Virus record (IMG/VR): IMGVR_UViG_2563366947_000002
Length of the DNA stretch: 64,000 nucleotides
Source: a virus
Lineage: Duplodnaviria > Heunggongvirae > Uroviricota > Caudoviricetes
Reading direction: 5' to 3' (one strand)
This document shows, piece after piece, positions 30,427 to 39,550 of the stretch. Below the pieces are notes generated by a model. The model was not told the origin of the DNA and did not search any database. It worked only from the letters and a program-made list of their open reading frames with translations. The position numbers and the translations under genes were made by a program. The number at the start of each line of letters is the position of its first letter. The stretch's first letter is position 1.

Positions 30427-31226
30427 TCGATCACTCCGTTTTGAGTCGTATCAAAATTCCTGGCAGGTATGCAGTAGTAAAGCGAACCAACATGCTGTGT
30501 GCCGTAGCTAAAAATACGGTGCACGTACCACCAGCGGCGCGCTACGCCGTTTACCATCTCTTCATTCCATTCAAGAATTGAGCCGACGGGGACGTTATTT
30601 GCTGCAATACGCAGAATCAGAACATCATCGGTTAAGCCATCCTGCTCACCGTCTGCGTCAATCGCATGGAAAGAGTCACGCCCGTCAGGGTTATCCAGCA
30701 CATAAACGATTTCAGGTTCCTGGTAAGTCAGTTCGCGTTGGTTGTTATCCAGTTCAGTGAATGACTCTTCTCCTGTTTCGTCGCTGACTACCCCATATGT
30801 GCCAACATCTGGTCGATATAAGAGAGCCTGAAACGCGTCTGGGCTGGATTCAATAATCAGCATCCAGTCTGCGCGGATTTGGTCGTTAAAGGCTTTATGC
30901 CCGTTATAGCGTGCTTTTAGCTGTGGAGTTGATTCTCTGCCAGCCAGGGAAGGTGGAAGTATGGCTATATCTGATTCGCCAGCATCCGGAGTAAGGCCAC
31001 CGTTGCTATCAGCAAAATTATCATGGCTATCAGCTTTGGCGGCGGGTTGCTCTTCCAGAATGCTGAATGAATCCGAACCGGTATTGCCATGTTCCGGCGC
31101 GCCTCCTGCATTCACTTCAATCGGCGCTGGCGTTTCTCTCTGCGTGCTGTCATGTTCTGACTCCTTACTTGCCAGGTTTGCATCGTCAGCAAACCATTCG
31201 TCAAAACGGCCCATAAGCATCCTCAA
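30423..31226 (-). CDS. hypothetical acidic protein
   Basis: 267-aa Asp/Glu-rich ORF, first gene of the operon. Confidence 0.4.
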   Translation of the reverse strand: MRMLMGRFDEWFADDANLASKESEHDSTQRETPAPIEVNAGGAPEHGNTGSDSFSILEEQPAAKADSHDNFADSNGGLTPDAGESDIAILPPSLAGRESTPQLKARYNGHKAFNDQIRADWMLIIESSPDAFQALLYRPDVGTYGVVSDETGEESFTELDNNQRELTYQEPEIVYVLDNPDGRDSFHAIDADGEQDGLTDDVLILRIAANNVPVGSILEWNEEMVNGVARRWWYVHRIFSYGTQHVGSLYYCIPARNFDTTQNGVIE

Positions 31227-31376
31227 AGGTCGATCTGTCAGGTATCGAAAGGAAGATTTTCGGGAGATTGTGATTTTGGATGAAGGAGGGGAAATTCATA
31301 AAATGCACTTGCGCACAGTGCGACGGTGCGCTATAGTTATGGCATTCGGTAATCATCACGGAGGATCAAATGACTA

Positions 31377-31679
31377 ATGACCAAAAAAATTAACATAAAG
31401 GATTTCAGGGATGCGTGGCTTGATGATTTTTTTGAATTTTCAACACCACATAGAAAGATACCTCCTGATATTCATATGACATTGTCACGGAAGTTGGACA
31501 TTATCAATGCCGCAACTACCTGTAAGGATTTAAGATCACCACCAGGCAATCGGTATGAGGAACTGTCAGGGAAGCTAAATGGCTATTCATCAGTAAGGGT
31601 GAATAAGCAATATAGGTTAATTTTTAAGTGGGTTAACGGAAAGGCCGAGGACTTGTATCTCGACCCTCACAAATACTAA
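31377..31679 (+). CDS. higB: RelE/HigB-family toxin
   Basis: 100 aa; C-terminal YRLIFKWVNGKAEDLYLDPHKY resembles the HigB family; GGAGG RBS; followed by an HTH gene. Confidence 0.65.
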   Translation: MTKKINIKDFRDAWLDDFFEFSTPHRKIPPDIHMTLSRKLDIINAATTCKDLRSPPGNRYEELSGKLNGYSSVRVNKQYRLIFKWVNGKAEDLYLDPHKY

Positions 31680-31749
31680 AACAGATACCCGGTTACGGAC
31701 CGGGTTCTGACCAGAGTCCACTTAATACGCACGCTAGTAAGGGCAAAAA

Positions 31750-32088
31750 ATGAAACAGGCAACCAGAAAACCGACGACCGTAGGTGATATCCTGCTGTAC
31801 GAATACCTGGAGCCATTAGAGCTGAAGATCAACGAGTTAGCAGAAATACTTCATGTTCATCGTAACACCGTAAGTGCTCTTGTTAATAATAATCGTAAGC
31901 TAACGATGGATATGGCATATCGCCTGGCAAAAGCATTCGATACTTCTGTAGATTTTTGGATTAATCTTCAGACCGCAGTAGATCTGTGGGAAGTCGAAAA
32001 TGATATGCGCGTTCAGGAAGAGTTAAGTCGTATCAATACTGCTGAAAAATTTATTTCTCAGCGTAACCTGAATAAAAAAGCAGCCTGA
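31750..32088 (+). CDS. higA: HigA-type HTH antitoxin
   Basis: 112 aa; XRE-type HTH (INELAEILHVHRNTVSALVNN) and FWINLQ motif typical of HigA. Confidence 0.65.
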   Translation: MKQATRKPTTVGDILLYEYLEPLELKINELAEILHVHRNTVSALVNNNRKLTMDMAYRLAKAFDTSVDFWINLQTAVDLWEVENDMRVQEELSRINTAEKFISQRNLNKKAA

Positions 32089-32144
32089 TATAGTAAAACA
32101 CATACAAAAAGCCCACTTAGCAAGTGGGCTTTCCTTTGTAATTA

Positions 32145-32504
32145 ATGAACATTAAACCTATCCGTACAGAACAAGATTATGAGGCCGCACTGCGTGCGGT
32201 CGAACCGATGTTCGATAACGAACCGGAAATGAATACTCCGGAAGGTGATTTCTTTGAGGTTATGAGTCTTCTCATTGAGGAGTACGAGAAGAAACATTAC
32301 CCAATTGAGCCACCATCACCTATTGAGGCCATTAAATTCCGTATGGAACAGCAAGGGCTGACCGTGAAGGATCTGGAACCGGCAATTGGTAAGTCAAACC
32401 GTGTTTACGAAGTGCTTAATGGGACACGAAATTTGACGTTACCTATGATTCGTCGTTTACATGCCCAGTTTGGTATTCCACTGGAAAGTCTGGTTGGTGT
32501 TTAA
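32145..32504 (+). CDS. second HigA-family HTH protein (C-terminal HTH type)
   Basis: 119 aa; C-terminal IGKSNRVYEVLNGTRNLTLPMIRRLHAQFGIPLESL matches the E. coli HigA architecture. Confidence 0.55.
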   Translation: MNIKPIRTEQDYEAALRAVEPMFDNEPEMNTPEGDFFEVMSLLIEEYEKKHYPIEPPSPIEAIKFRMEQQGLTVKDLEPAIGKSNRVYEVLNGTRNLTLPMIRRLHAQFGIPLESLVGV

Positions 32505-32554
32505 GTTTGGCGGTCTGGAGGACCGCTTTTTATCTAAAATAAAAATTAGAAGGT

Positions 32555-33304
32555 TTGATAGCTTGTATGGGCAAAAATTCATCAACAGAAAACACATCTA
32601 CAATTGACTCAATCAAGGGCACAATGGATGAAGCCATAAAAGATAAATTATTTAATAAATTATTTGCATATGTGGTGGTTTCATTTTTTGTCGTTAATTG
32701 GCAAGAAATACTAATTTTGTTTAAATCTAAATATGATATATACACAACACTGTCTATAGTATGGGTAGGGGATAAATATCAAATCCCTTATTTTGGAACC
32801 TTCATTGTATCTCCGTTTTTAGCTCACTTTGTTATGCCGTTTATATATGGCACTATTGCGTCCATAGTAATGCCTTATATTACTATGCGTATATCAAAAC
32901 TAACTGGTAGAAATTATGCGCAAATAAGATACATTGACCATGAATTTGACTCAGAAGAGAAAGCAAGAGTAAAGGCGTTACTGAGAAACCTAAAGAAAAA
33001 AGAGGAAGAGCTTTTAAAATTAGAGGAACAAATAGAAGGTCAACAAAAAATACTGAATACAATCGAAGAAAAGAAGAGAGAGATTGAGAGTGCCAGAGTG
33101 GCTCTGTATCACGGTATAAAAGTAATTGTTGATATATATAAAGCAAAAGATAAAAGGATTTCCACCAAAGAAGATTTTGCCGATTTATTAAAAGCAATTG
33201 AAGGAAGTGATTTTTATAAAGACACTGGGTTGTGGGGTATTAATAATTTAATAGATGACGTGGAGACAATATATGAGTCTCAATCGACATCAAAGGACAA
33301 GTAA
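32555..33304 (+). CDS. membrane protein with two TM helices and a C-terminal coiled coil
   Basis: 249-aa ORF in a visibly AT-rich tract; start ambiguous (TTG 32555 or ATG 32567). Confidence 0.5.
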   Translation: MIACMGKNSSTENTSTIDSIKGTMDEAIKDKLFNKLFAYVVVSFFVVNWQEILILFKSKYDIYTTLSIVWVGDKYQIPYFGTFIVSPFLAHFVMPFIYGTIASIVMPYITMRISKLTGRNYAQIRYIDHEFDSEEKARVKALLRNLKKKEEELLKLEEQIEGQQKILNTIEEKKREIESARVALYHGIKVIVDIYKAKDKRISTKEDFADLLKAIEGSDFYKDTGLWGINNLIDDVETIYESQSTSKDK

Positions 33305-33337
33305 TATAAAAGGCGGGATAACCGCCTTTGTTGTAAA

Positions 33338-34534
33338 TTAAGAACCTTTCTTCACATACTCCATAAACATTTTTTCAGCTTGCTCAGGTGACGTTCCTGC
33401 CATGACAAGCGCATCAATGAACGCCTGCTTCTTCAGTGCGAACTGATCGGCAAGGCGTTGCTGAAGCTCCTTGTTTTTCTGTTTCTCACGTTGCAAGGCC
33501 GCTTCTTTTGCTGCCGCCCGTTTTTTCTGTGCGTCTGACAACTTTCTGGCTTTGGTCAATTGGTCACGTAGCTTGTCAATTTTGCCGTTGTCCTTTGCCA
33601 GTTTTGTGCTTAAAGCGGCCTGGCGCTTCTGATAGAGCCTCCATTCGCGCTTGGCAGCGTCAACGTTTGTTTTACTGTTGCGATTGCGATTAAACTCCCT
33701 CTCGTCTTCTTTTGAGAAGTGTTTGGTTGTACGGCGGCGATCGTCACCAAATGCAATTTGCGTTGCGGCCTTTTGTAACGCACGAGCAATACTCATTTGC
33801 CAACTAGCGGACTGTAACCGCGTCATTGAGTGGATCACGTGTTTACAGGCGACGCCTTGTAGCTTAGGGTTACGAACTTTTGGATAGGCGTATTCTTTTG
33901 GCGGGGCCAGGGCAAAGTTACCCGCAGTAGCGATGTAACGATACCAGTATTGATGACGACCACAGTCACAATCGAAAGACACCCGCCCGGCGCACAGTGA
34001 TTTAGTGATTTTCAGAGCTGATTTATCGTCTTCTGCGATGTCATCGACCATCTGATCCCATTCTTCAAAGCGTATCCGGACGATATGGTGCTGGTGGACG
34101 GATATATCCGATGCTTCTACGCGGATATTAATCACGTTGTGGCGAAGAGATACGGGTGTAGCTCTTTTGATACCAGATCCGTCATCCACGGCGTTATTTG
34201 CACGCTTAATATCGATTGCTTGGCTGGATGCCACCAGCTGGGCGTATGTGATGCCAGCCGTCTTGCTGTCATATTTTTCGCGTGTTTTACTCCGTAGCTT
34301 TTCGAAACCTTTCAGGTCGTCTCGCGTGAAGAACGTGCCGCCTTTTTTCTTCCCTAACTTGAGAATATCTTCGGCGGATTTGTTCCTCAGTCTACCTGGC
34401 GTCAGCGTCCGGTGAGCTTGTCGGCGCTTACGGGTTTGTTCTTTCCTGATAAGGTCGAATAAACGCGTGAAGTCCTTAGAGGACAGGCCGTCAGTGATAT
34501 AGCGCCCGTCCTGGTTTTTCAGGAAATCAGGCAT
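33338..34534 (-). CDS. SWIM-zinc-finger-like protein with basic coiled-coil C-terminus
   Basis: 398 aa; CxC..CxH pattern (FDCDCGRHQYW ... GVACKHVIH). Confidence 0.4.
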   Translation of the reverse strand: MPDFLKNQDGRYITDGLSSKDFTRLFDLIRKEQTRKRRQAHRTLTPGRLRNKSAEDILKLGKKKGGTFFTRDDLKGFEKLRSKTREKYDSKTAGITYAQLVASSQAIDIKRANNAVDDGSGIKRATPVSLRHNVINIRVEASDISVHQHHIVRIRFEEWDQMVDDIAEDDKSALKITKSLCAGRVSFDCDCGRHQYWYRYIATAGNFALAPPKEYAYPKVRNPKLQGVACKHVIHSMTRLQSASWQMSIARALQKAATQIAFGDDRRRTTKHFSKEDEREFNRNRNSKTNVDAAKREWRLYQKRQAALSTKLAKDNGKIDKLRDQLTKARKLSDAQKKRAAAKEAALQREKQKNKELQQRLADQFALKKQAFIDALVMAGTSPEQAEKMFMEYVKKGS

Positions 34535-34856
34535 TTTCTATCTCCGGTTCCGCGCTCGCGTAATCACGGATCTTGTTCCTCAGCCATGCCACATCAGGAA
34601 GAGTTAACGTGGTCCCGGCGGGCATTTCTTCCATTTCTGACTCATGGCCCACCAGCACCCGGAATACCCAGCGCAAATCTGCATTGCCATACGCCCTGTA
34701 GGCTGCAAGGTCTGAACGATATACTTCATCAATCTTTATCGTGTACTGGAAATTATCAGAGTGATACTCCGATACCCGCTTAATCATTTCCTGGTGAAAC
34801 AGCGCACGAAAAATATCGTCTTCAATGTACCTATCGTCGAGTCTGCTATAGCCCAT
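34527..34856 (-). CDS. hypothetical protein
   Basis: 109-aa ORF overlapping the downstream gene by 8 nt. Confidence 0.4.
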   Translation of the reverse strand: MGYSRLDDRYIEDDIFRALFHQEMIKRVSEYHSDNFQYTIKIDEVYRSDLAAYRAYGNADLRWVFRVLVGHESEMEEMPAGTTLTLPDVAWLRNKIRDYASAEPEIENA

Positions 34857-35184
34857 AACAAAGCCTCTCAGTCATAACCTGGGGGAAACTGTATGCAGGG
34901 TGTGAAATGCGAGAAACAGACAGGCCACCAGTTCAGGGGGATGTGGTTCATAAATTCCCTCACTGGTGACAAGTGACTTTCATTAATCTTTATGCGGGGG
35001 CCAGCTTCATTTGCTGGCATTAGATTAAAAATTAAACGGAGTGAATGACATGGATGTTATCTTCGAATTATTAATGCTAATTGATCTGTTTATGAACGCT
35101 TCATTGACCACTCAAATACTCGCGTCAATATTTTTGTTACTCTTCTACCTGGTATTGAGGGAGTTAACAAAGCTACTAATGTGA

Positions 35185-35838
35185 TCAAAGTATCACGGTA
35201 TCTTCATCAACTTCTTTCCCAGTCAGTGACTTTGGCTGGGAGGTGCCTGCTTTAACTTTTTCATGCCCAATAATGGACAGGAACGAAGCGAGTATGCCTG
35301 TTTTTTGCTCTTTCTCGACTGTACCGGTCATCTGCTCTACGTAATCCGCACTGGCAACATTGTGGTATACGGTCGCGTAGCAACACAGGATCATCAAAAT
35401 ATGCTCCGGCCTGATATCCTGCCAGTTCACCCGGTAGACTTCTTCTCCGTTACCGTTGTATTCGGTGTCAACGATGGAGTCAGGGATTTCGAAAGCACCT
35501 TTGTTATTTTGCGGCAGGGATAATAGCTTCTGGAGTTTTAACTCTCTGTATCTTTCCATCCCGACGATGATTGCTGCTCTGCCATCGGCATGACGGGTCT
35601 TGAGAGTCACCTGGCTTGCTCCGGTGCCAGCGGAGATCGTTGGCGTAATTTCGTCTACCAGTACCTTAAATTTGCTTTTCCGCAGGGCTGCTATAGCTGG
35701 AGGAATTTTTTGCTTTTGCTCCAATGCTGACGCGGGAAGGGGTTTTACTTCGTTAATAATGAGAGCACCGTCTTTCAGTATTGCAGTGAGCATTTGAGGC
35801 TTGCTGGTGGTCAGGCTGAATATTGCGATCTTTTCCAT
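35185..35838 (-). CDS. hypothetical protein
   Basis: ORF track starts at GTG 35880; the ATG at 35838 with GGAGGAAGG RBS is preferred (217 aa). Confidence 0.4.
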   Translation of the reverse strand: MEKIAIFSLTTSKPQMLTAILKDGALIINEVKPLPASALEQKQKIPPAIAALRKSKFKVLVDEITPTISAGTGASQVTLKTRHADGRAAIIVGMERYRELKLQKLLSLPQNNKGAFEIPDSIVDTEYNGNGEEVYRVNWQDIRPEHILMILCCYATVYHNVASADYVEQMTGTVEKEQKTGILASFLSIIGHEKVKAGTSQPKSLTGKEVDEDTVIL

Positions 35839-35865
35839 TGTCCTTCCTCCACGGATGACGGATAC

Positions 35866-35889
35866 AAAAAAAGGCCGCACATGGCGGCC
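35866..35889 (-). terminator. rho-independent terminator (minus strand)
   Basis: GGCCGCCATGTGCGGCC hairpin followed by a T7 run on the minus strand. Confidence 0.5.
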
Positions 35890-36106
35890 TGCTTTGGCGT
35901 TATGACTCCCTACCGCGCTTCGGCTGAAAGTTAATCGTCAAAAGAACCTTCAACGGGAGCCGTTAGCGCGATGGATTATGTGTAGTTTGTGATTTCCAAA
36001 ATAGTGTCAACCACTTTTTGTGGATTTTATTTTTTGACCGAAATTTGGCCTAAATCATGTTGATGTAGTTAATTATTTTTATAACATAAAACTTCATTTT
36101 GTTTAC

Positions 36107-36730
36107 ATGAAGGATGGTGTAGTGAAGTTAAGGGTTTTAGGGGCCGCGCTCGCGGCTATGTTGGGATGCGTATCTGTTAATACTGCCAATGCAACTGCGT
36201 TACCTGCACAATTCAGGGCAGGGCAGCAGGTTATGAATAACGCTGGTGGGGATCATTCACAAGCGGCAATTATGGACTTTTGCAAGAGGGAGGGCATTCC
36301 ATTACGGCCTGTTGGAACTCAGTTTATTGGTAAAACTGACTTTTGCGTTTTTGCATATACAGCATATCTGACGGACAAAGCTATAACAAAAACAGGTTAT
36401 TCAACCAAAGATACTCTTTCCAGATTAAGTCAGGGATGGCAGCAATTCGAAGTGTATCGCCAGCAAGGATTAGGTGAGTTATTGCAACCACTTTTTATGC
36501 TTGCGTTGGTGCCAGAGGGGCAGCAATTTTTGGTTAAAAAGGGAATGCTTCGCCAAAGTGATATTGCCGGGTTCGATAGCATGATGGCTTATGAGCGCAA
36601 ACTAACCGAGCAGCGAAATAAAAAACCATCTGCTTCATGTGTGCAAAGTAAAACAGCAGAATACAGTGCAGTAGCCGGGCCTTTAGCCAAACAAATGGCA
36701 GAGCAATGGTGTAAAAAATACGGGCAATAA
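36107..36730 (+). CDS. secreted protein (signal peptide)
   Basis: N-terminal LGAALAAMLGCVSVNTANA then a soluble domain. Confidence 0.45.
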   Translation: MKDGVVKLRVLGAALAAMLGCVSVNTANATALPAQFRAGQQVMNNAGGDHSQAAIMDFCKREGIPLRPVGTQFIGKTDFCVFAYTAYLTDKAITKTGYSTKDTLSRLSQGWQQFEVYRQQGLGELLQPLFMLALVPEGQQFLVKKGMLRQSDIAGFDSMMAYERKLTEQRNKKPSASCVQSKTAEYSAVAGPLAKQMAEQWCKKYGQ

Positions 36731-36750
36731 GTTACGCCGCGGAGGCAGAA

Positions 36751-37143
36751 TTGAAAAGATTGGCTATTGCTTTACTGGCGTCTTTCCCTTTGATCGCGAG
36801 CGCCGGAAATTTACAAGTTAAGTGCGGTCGGTTTGATATAAAAATCTATCCAGATGCCATATTTCTGAATGGGAATAAGGTTGATAACGCACACCGAAAA
36901 ACTGAATCTGACGTAATGAGCTATGTGTTCCAGGAGTATGCGGAGATGGGGGGAACTTACACGCTGTACTCGCTGGATGTTCCTTCTCGCGGTGATATGA
37001 CATTATCCCATCAATGGCAGAACGCCGATGGCGAAGCTCTGCGCGAGGTTAAAACAGAAAAATGTGGCACTTTCCATTCTTTTAAAGGGAAAGCGCCAAA
37101 TGTTAAATCTGTGCTTGAAAAACAGCGCGCAGGTGATTTTTAA
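36751..37143 (+). CDS. secreted protein (signal peptide)
   Basis: N-terminal MKRLAIALLASFPLIASA signal peptide; 130 aa. Confidence 0.45.
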   Translation: MKRLAIALLASFPLIASAGNLQVKCGRFDIKIYPDAIFLNGNKVDNAHRKTESDVMSYVFQEYAEMGGTYTLYSLDVPSRGDMTLSHQWQNADGEALREVKTEKCGTFHSFKGKAPNVKSVLEKQRAGDF

Positions 37144-37231
37144 ACTGCGTTAGAACTTTGAACATGGCGACAACACATCTTGGTGGCTGCGTTGTCGCTG
37201 TATGCTTTTATAATATAAAGCATTAAAGTTT

Positions 37232-37849
37232 TCATTTTTGTCGGATCTTTTCCAGCATATTTAATTCATTATCACTTTCTGCTGCTGAGACGGTTGGCCT
37301 CACATTTCCGAAATATTTCCTGTGAGACTCATGACTTATGTATTCACCGACAGTTTCATTCTTGAATATACGAATTTGACATATGCGAGATCCAACAATA
37401 AGTTCTACAGGGCTATTCCCATGATTAAATAACTCTAAAGATATACAGCCTCTGTACCCTGGTTGTATCATGGTATTTAATGAAAGACCAAGCCTTGTAT
37501 AGCTGCTTCTGGACAATACATCAGCGTAGCAATCTGGTGGCAAACAAACATATTCTAATGTTGTTGCCAGTACCACTTGATTCGGGTAAACAATGAATCT
37601 ATCCCCAAGATCTCTCCTTGTTTCCTGGAAAAATGTTCTGATTGGTTGATGAGTATCATTGTTTTTAGAGGGAATTAACTCTATTGACGGCTTCCTTGTC
37701 ATAATAGACACTAAAAAATCGTAACCAAGTCTAAGGTCTATGGTGAAGTTCCCAATTTGGTTTTTATTTAGAAGAGGTTCAATGAACAACGACTCAGGTT
37801 CTTCTGATTCATAATATTGCAGCAATTCAGCTTTGCTTAGGAGATTCAT
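37232..37849 (-). CDS. dCTP deaminase (Dcd) family protein, dUTPase fold
   Basis: Aligns with E. coli Dcd (SRSSYTRLGLSL vs GRSSLARLGLMV; PGYRGCISLELFNHG vs PGWSGCIVLEFYNSG). ATG at 37849 overlaps the upstream stop (ATGA), GGAG RBS. Confidence 0.7.
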   Translation of the reverse strand: MNLLSKAELLQYYESEEPESLFIEPLLNKNQIGNFTIDLRLGYDFLVSIMTRKPSIELIPSKNNDTHQPIRTFFQETRRDLGDRFIVYPNQVVLATTLEYVCLPPDCYADVLSRSSYTRLGLSLNTMIQPGYRGCISLELFNHGNSPVELIVGSRICQIRIFKNETVGEYISHESHRKYFGNVRPTVSAAESDNELNMLEKIRQK

Positions 37850-38919
37850 TGTGCACTCCATTTTTCAAGAATCATTACGTTTCGAATCGATTTTTCAACC
37901 AAATCATTTATAGTTTTTTCTATGGCTTCTTTTGACAACCCAGACCATATACCCGTAGGTTTTTCCCATTCAGAGCATAAGTACTGCCAGCTGCTGTTAA
38001 TAAAAGCATGCATTTCATTGTGGTCGCGAATAACAAAAGGACGCACATTATCAAAAGCTGATTTCACATCAAGCAAAGGTGTCGGCAATGTCAAACAAGG
38101 AGAAATAATCTGCCCACCCTTATGTAAGGCTGATATCACAGCATTGAACATGCCAACAACTGGATTTTCCACTTTGTTCAAAAAGTCGCTTACAATTTTA
38201 ACTCTATCTTCTGTGGATGGGTGAGTATAGCTTGCAGGATGAGAGCCAGCTAATTTGTATAAGAAATCTACCCCACTTTTTCCAATAAATTGGGCACTAA
38301 ATAGATCTGCAAAATATTCTCTGCAATGATTTATCCAAATAACATCAGGTAGATTACTCCATTCTGGTCCAGGAAGTGTGCCTTTGTCCTTGGAACGATA
38401 GTTAAGACAGGCAAGCTCAGAAATACCTTTGCTAATATCAACGAAATGTCCCAATTCGTGATATAAAGGTATAGAGCATAATGGTCGTCTTCTGTACATT
38501 TCAGGTAATGAAATCTGGATTAATTCGACCTCGAATTTGACATTTAAAACTTCATCAAATAAAGAATACAAATTCTTGTTTACAGACTTAAAATAAAACC
38601 CATGCATATCTGGAGATAGGGCAGTGGTTATAAGTGTTTTTTCACTTATCCATTTTTTACAGGCATCATTTAAGCAATAAACAATCTCGTAGGGAATTTT
38701 CTTTGTAGTACTGCCAGTGAAAAAATTAACTGCATCGGTGATAAAAAAAGTACAATCCGCAATTATTTTATCAGCAACATTCACATGGTTTTCATAGAGC
38801 TTATCTACCGCTTCTTGTAGAACAGCAAGATATTCATGCATGTCTTTAGAAAAATAGGGAGATTCTGATATCTCCCTTAGCTTATTTCGAACTAATGTAA
38901 GTTGTGTAAATGCAAGCAT
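37846..38919 (-). CDS. HExxH zinc-metallopeptidase-like protein (ImmA/IrrE-like?)
   Basis: 357 aa; HELGH motif then EYFADLF; start overlaps the upstream stop (TAATG). Confidence 0.55.
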   Translation of the reverse strand: MLAFTQLTLVRNKLREISESPYFSKDMHEYLAVLQEAVDKLYENHVNVADKIIADCTFFITDAVNFFTGSTTKKIPYEIVYCLNDACKKWISEKTLITTALSPDMHGFYFKSVNKNLYSLFDEVLNVKFEVELIQISLPEMYRRRPLCSIPLYHELGHFVDISKGISELACLNYRSKDKGTLPGPEWSNLPDVIWINHCREYFADLFSAQFIGKSGVDFLYKLAGSHPASYTHPSTEDRVKIVSDFLNKVENPVVGMFNAVISALHKGGQIISPCLTLPTPLLDVKSAFDNVRPFVIRDHNEMHAFINSSWQYLCSEWEKPTGIWSGLSKEAIEKTINDLVEKSIRNVMILEKWSAQ

Positions 38920-39224
38920 TAAATGTACTCTAATACATTCCGGGCCATTACGGGTTCTAACATATCTTCGCTAGTTACTTTGGTTAGCACCTGGGCGAGC
39001 GCCTTAGTGTGGCGTATCTCTACCGCGAGCGAGATGGACTCTCTGTGAGAAGGAATCTGTAATTGATCACCTTTATCTACACTTAAGTTTGAGGCTTCTC
39101 TGATCACCTCATAAACCCGTAACTTTAACTGCTGTGACACTTCTTGTTGAGATGCTATAAGCTGAAGTACAGTCTTGATTAACTTCAAAGAATCAGAAGC
39201 TTGCTGAGGAACCGCATAGAGCAT
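38919..39224 (-). CDS. small helical protein, first gene of the three-gene operon
   Basis: 101 aa; strong AAGGAGG RBS 6 nt upstream. Confidence 0.5.
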   Translation of the reverse strand: MLYAVPQQASDSLKLIKTVLQLIASQQEVSQQLKLRVYEVIREASNLSVDKGDQLQIPSHRESISLAVEIRHTKALAQVLTKVTSEDMLEPVMARNVLEYI

Positions 39225-39360
39225 AACCCCTCCTTTTCCCTTATCTATAACCGCTTTCTTTTTTCTGTGGATGTTAAAAGTAGAAGCGGTTTTTACCTTT
39301 TATAATATATATAGTGTCTAAAACTAATTTTGGCACTATATATGGCATGATATCTATGTT

Positions 39361-39406
39361 TTAAAGACACAAAAGCTCTGTTAAAACAGAGCTTTTGTGT
39401 CTTTAA
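39361..39406. repeat. perfect 20-bp inverted repeat (TTAAAGACACAAAAGCTCTG / CAGAGCTTTTGTGTCTTTAA) around a 6-nt centre
   Basis: Read directly; lies between the 95-aa gene stop and the operon promoter. Confidence 0.7.
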
Positions 39407-39550
39407 CTTGATCATTTTCTCGCTGAAGTGTATGTCAGGCTTAGCTCATAATCAAGTTGCTTCCAAGCTAAAAATGAGCTATTTCACTGAAACACCAAGA
39501 GCGGGATGTTTCATTTATTTGCGTTGGGCCTGACGGGGTGCAGATGAGTT

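Noticed and set aside
37167-37198. Hairpin GCGACAAC...GTTGTCGC between the convergent secreted-protein gene and the Dcd-like gene, as a bidirectional terminator
   Set aside because: The loop is about 16 nt and there is no clean T-run on either side, so I did not annotate it as a terminator.
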